From Candidatus Nomurabacteria bacterium RIFCSPLOWO2_12_FULL_46_14 (lineage in GTDB: Bacteria > Patescibacteriota > Minisyncoccia > Phycocordibacterales > UBA9973), in assembly GCA_001786225.1 (NCBI GenBank), contig MFVV01000033.1, forward strand, positions 3,336-36,016: a stretch of 32,681 nucleotides of DNA, given 5' to 3'. This document shows positions 29,736-32,681 of the stretch, piece by piece. The first letter of the stretch is position 1. Every line of letters starts with the position of its first letter. The notes under the pieces are model-generated. The model was not told the DNA's origin and searched no databases. It was given only the letters and a program-made list of their open reading frames with translations. The position numbers and the translations under genes were made by a program.

Positions 29736-32048
29736 CTATTTTACTTTTTCTAATAAGTTCTCAAATTCTTCATTTTTTATAAAGTCGCTATTTCTAAGTC
29801 TTATTGCAAGCAATTCTCCCCTTACTGCCATCATATTCCACATCGGTTTAACCATGGGTTGTGCCCATTTATTCACAGCAAGCCACTGGGCCCAAGATCT
29901 CCCGTATTTTTTATAAAGTTTTATAAACCAACTATTATTTGTTGCCGCCCATAATCTCGCCGCATGAGTTTTTTGATTATTAACCCCATACAACACTTCT
30001 GCTACCCAACATGGTGCTCCACCTGCTGGTGCTCCACCTGCTGGTGCTCCACCTGCTGGTGCTCCACCTGCTGGTGCTCCACCCGTTGCCGCGAAAGCCG
30101 CCGCCGCTTGCTGTAATTGTTTCGCTTTATTTATTGATGCCTCTCTTACTCTGGTAGCGGCTATTCTGTTTGTCATAAATTTTCCCCCACCTTCCAATTG
30201 GCGAGCATAATTTTCTCTTCTTCCCAGATTTATTTTGTCAATCTGTTGTTGTATCATATCATTATATGCTTGATTGGCAGGAGTTTTAGCACGGAACACC
30301 AAACCTCTTTCTATTCTCTCCTTTTCACTTAATTCTAAACTATTAGCAATTTTTTCTTGCTCTTCAGAAAATTCTTTTCTTTGTTTTGCAAAACCACCCT
30401 CTTTGACCTTTCCAACCATAGCAGCACCACCTGCCAATCCAGTCATACCCAAAGCTTTATCGACTCCAGGCGCCCCCCTAGCATCGAAACTTTTTCCTCC
30501 CACCCATCTTGTTGCTTGCAATGCCCCCGTCCCAATTCTGCTTTTCTCTGCCCATTTTTTGAATTTTTGGTTTTCTCCAAGATTTGTGGCAACCCTCCCA
30601 ACAGTCTGTCTTCCAGCAAATGCCGCTGCACCCAGGCCTGCACCTACAGCCAGCCCACCAGCTAGTTTTACTCCTTTCATTGCCCAGGTACCTAATTCTC
30701 CAGACCCCTTCTTGGCGTAAGAAGAGGCTTTCTGTAAAAGAATCAAAAGTATGAGCGCTGGTAGCATAGTAAATACTAAAATTTCAATCGGGTGAGCCGA
30801 CGGGTGAGCGCTTATTACTTTACTATTAAATAGATCAGTCTGAGCAATCATAAAAATGAAATACATAAAAAACATAAAAATTGTCGCCATGAATGATACA
30901 GAAAGCAGGCGGTGCGACCACTCATCCCAGCCGATATACTTCACTTTTTTAAGCGCAGGCATGGCGAAAGACATAAAAGCAAAGGGGGAAAATATTATCA
31001 AAATCCAAAGTTCCACCAAGCGCACCACAAATGCCAAGCCCGCCATGAAAAATGCGTAAATGGCATACCAAAGGATCAACCCCACGGTAAGTATTATTGC
31101 CATTTTCATAGCTGCTGGTATCTCTTTTCTGAAACCAGAAAAAAGTCGCTGGGCTACGTAAGCGCCAGCGCCTATTCCAGCGCCTACCGGTCCGCCAATT
31201 AGGAAGCCACCGCCAGTGTATATAGTAAAACCCTTCAGGCTTACCCCACCCATATGCGTCCTTTCCTTTACCTTATCGAAGAAATCTTGGGTCATAAGTT
31301 TAGTAACATCAAAATTACCAACCAACCCTCCAGAAATATCCCTTTCTCCCTCGTGGGTTGCGTTATACGATGGACCCTCTTTATTGGTTGGATCTTTAGC
31401 TTTAACTTCCATTTTATTGTAAAAAATAAGCGCTAAAACATTGGACGAATCAATGACAATTTTTGTGGCAAACATGCTGAAATTGATGAGCAGAGCCATA
31501 ATGATGACCCAGATAATCATTTTTTTGCCATCATGGCCGGCCAGGCCCAGAATGATTTTAATGGCTATATAAAGCAGAATCAGGATGAAGAAAATGTTAG
31601 ACAAGTCGCGAGTTATCCGCCATGCCTGAGGCAAAAAATCTGAAGAAGAGTAAACGCTAGCCTGTAGGCCTAAATGAATCGCCACGTTAAAGAACTTTGC
31701 CACTGAGGTCAATAGGAAACTGGGAATAGAATAAAATAGCCAGTAAGTTATTTTTACCGCACAAGCGTCAAAATCTCCTTTAATAAGGGCAAGACAACTT
31801 CCTCCTACTTCTTCCTCAAAATCTGCGGGAGTATCCTCTACCGTTACTGTAGCTCCGGGTTCGCACTTAAGGCTAGTCCCTTCGCGACCGCTAACACCCG
31901 CGACATATGCACCATTCACCTTTTCACCATCGACTGTAATGGTACATGCCTGCCCCACCTGATACGCGCTCGCCTTCTCTGTCGGTCCGAAAAATCCGGT
32001 TCCAACGAGGACTACGAGTATTAAAATGTAAGGTAAAAATTTTCGCAT
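29736..32048 (-). CDS. 770-aa polytopic membrane protein, VirB6/TrbL-like by topology and context
   Basis: Signal/TM, then a Cys-containing extracytoplasmic segment, then about 10 further TM helices with Gly-rich stretches ([28 protein letters not shown]). The cytoplasmic tail has a coiled-coil region, a (GGAPA)x5 repeat and a Trp-rich C-terminal module beginning CWVAEVLYG. Only 1-nt gaps separate it from both neighbours. Confidence 0.6.
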   Translation of the reverse strand: MRKFLPYILILVVLVGTGFFGPTEKASAYQVGQACTITVDGEKVNGAYVAGVSGREGTSLKCEPGATVTVEDTPADFEEEVGGSCLALIKGDFDACAVKITYWLFYSIPSFLLTSVAKFFNVAIHLGLQASVYSSSDFLPQAWRITRDLSNIFFILILLYIAIKIILGLAGHDGKKMIIWVIIMALLINFSMFATKIVIDSSNVLALIFYNKMEVKAKDPTNKEGPSYNATHEGERDISGGLVGNFDVTKLMTQDFFDKVKERTHMGGVSLKGFTIYTGGGFLIGGPVGAGIGAGAYVAQRLFSGFRKEIPAAMKMAIILTVGLILWYAIYAFFMAGLAFVVRLVELWILIIFSPFAFMSFAMPALKKVKYIGWDEWSHRLLSVSFMATIFMFFMYFIFMIAQTDLFNSKVISAHPSAHPIEILVFTMLPALILLILLQKASSYAKKGSGELGTWAMKGVKLAGGLAVGAGLGAAAFAGRQTVGRVATNLGENQKFKKWAEKSRIGTGALQATRWVGGKSFDARGAPGVDKALGMTGLAGGAAMVGKVKEGGFAKQRKEFSEEQEKIANSLELSEKERIERGLVFRAKTPANQAYNDMIQQQIDKINLGRRENYARQLEGGGKFMTNRIAATRVREASINKAKQLQQAAAAFAATGGAPAGGAPAGGAPAGGAPAGGAPCWVAEVLYGVNNQKTHAARLWAATNNSWFIKLYKKYGRSWAQWLAVNKWAQPMVKPMWNMMAVRGELLAIRLRNSDFIKNEEFENLLEKVK
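30013..30087. repeat. 15-bp tandem repeat GGTGCTCCACCTGCT, four perfect copies plus one variant, in-frame inside the VirB6-like gene
   Basis: Units at 30013, 30028, 30043 and 30058 are identical. The unit at 30073 differs at 3 positions. It encodes (GGAPA)5. Confidence 0.9.
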
Positions 32049-32049
32049 A

Positions 32050-32681
32050 TTATTGCTGTATATTCACGGTTATCGTATCCGTAGCATTGCCGCCGGTTTT
32101 ATCCGCCTTCTGCCAGCAGGTTAGAGAGAAAACCTTCGGACTTTCCGGAGAAGGATAGTATGGATGCGAGGGAGGTATGGTGTTGTTGATGCCAGAAGTC
32201 TCAACTCCGCCCGCGAAAGGCGAAGAGAATTCGCAGATGGTGGCATTGGTTGAGGTCCAGGCATAAGTAAGAGTGGAACCGCTGGGGACGGTTACGCTCG
32301 GGCCATCCAAGCCATTAATTTTCAGGTCCACACTAGCCGGGAGATTCTCCGGTGGTGTTCCACCTGGCGGGGTCTCCGTATTGTCCTCCTCCTCTTCGCA
32401 GCCTTCCAGTTTTTCGCCAAAATATTCAAAATCACACTGGTCATCTTCCGGCGGTTGATTCACGCTACTCTTTAAGGCTGTTAATCCTTTGTCAAAAAAG
32501 TGGTTGAGCAACGCGTCGAATATTGCCGCGATGTTGTTGCCAAGTGCCGCGCCCAATTCGGCCTGGGAGAATTTGGAGCCAAGCGCTCGGGTGATTTGGC
32601 TGGCGGCCACATAACCCGGTGTGGTGTTTACAAGTCCTCCCGGGCAAGTGTTTTCTTCCGCCCACACCGCGTAGGCCGCCG
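32050..32681 (-). CDS. secreted protein with a C-terminal Ig-like domain (partial; the 5' end lies beyond the window)
   Basis: The frame stays open to the window edge, and the ORF-track M at 32667 is a GTG inside the open frame. An acidic linker CEEEEDNTETPPGGTPPE is followed by a beta-sandwich-like tail LKINGLDGPSVTVPSGSTLTYAWTSTNATIC...FSLTCW. The TAA stop lies 1 nt before the next ATG. Confidence 0.6.
   Translation of the reverse strand, partial: AAYAVWAEENTCPGGLVNTTPGYVAASQITRALGSKFSQAELGAALGNNIAAIFDALLNHFFDKGLTALKSSVNQPPEDDQCDFEYFGEKLEGCEEEEDNTETPPGGTPPENLPASVDLKINGLDGPSVTVPSGSTLTYAWTSTNATICEFSSPFAGGVETSGINNTIPPSHPYYPSPESPKVFSLTCWQKADKTGGNATDTITVNIQQ

Noticed and set aside
25197-30087. 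CRISPR-like arrays among the tandem repeats (25204..25231, 27083..27129, 30013..30087)
   Set aside because: The units are 7-15 bp and directly tandem, with no spacers. One is in-frame coding sequence. No cas genes are present.
1-32681. Alternative genetic code (UGA recoded, as in Gracilibacteria/Absconditabacteria)
   Set aside because: Several well-delimited genes end at TGA with the next gene starting on or next to it: ruvB/ruvC ATGA, rnpA/yidD ATGA, the yidC stop, and 24201 TGATG. No conserved protein shows an in-frame TGA.
21908-32681. Interpretation as an integrated conjugative element or plasmid remnant
   Set aside because: No relaxase, VirD4, integrase/recombinase, replication gene or flanking tRNA/att-like repeat is visible, and the operon abuts core origin genes. 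This cannot be fully excluded, because the operon continues past the window edge.

Overview
This window looks like the chromosomal replication-origin neighbourhood of a small-genome bacterium using the standard code (TGA is a stop). Gene content and protein style suggest Patescibacteria/CPR, Parcubacteria-like, but that taxonomic call is inference only.

The left two-thirds is mostly housekeeping:
- Gmad2-like and peptidoglycan-binding envelope proteins, and tRNA-Lys(UUU).
- ICMT-family methyltransferase, polA, tsaE and an orphan PilB/GspE ATPase.
- An AT-richer islet carrying an HTH-DUF4065 (Panacea/SocA-type) antitoxin with an overlapping small toxin candidate.
- A GT-C/PMT-like glycosyltransferase plus a GT2-GtrA polyprenol-phosphate glycosyltransferase.
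- ruvB-ruvC, tyrS and PBP1A.
- The classic origin block: dnaN and dnaA on the minus strand, diverging from rpmH-rnpA-yidD-yidC-jag on the plus strand.

The right third (21.9-32.7 kb, minus strand, running off the window) is the most interesting part. It is a tightly coupled operon encoding a minimal Gram-positive-style type IV secretion-like apparatus:
- A PrgI/VirB3-like protein, a VirB4 ATPase and a 770-aa polytopic VirB6-like protein.
- A T4SS-pilin-like module fused to a LAS/M15-type peptidase domain.
- Several proteins with no recognisable family.
- A BrnT/BrnA toxin-antitoxin pair embedded in the middle.
- No visible relaxase, VirD4, VirB11 or integrase.

Other signals:
- An about 158-nt candidate structured RNA with a 19-bp closing helix in the 285-bp gap upstream of the GT2 gene.
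- A recurrent extended -10 box 6-8 nt from the ATG, suggesting leaderless transcripts.
- Three long AT-stem/GC-loop hairpins around the rpmH-jag genes.
- Several short tandem repeats inside the secretion operon.

I saw no rRNA, CRISPR array, transposase or integrase. All homology statements come from motif recognition by eye, not from searches.
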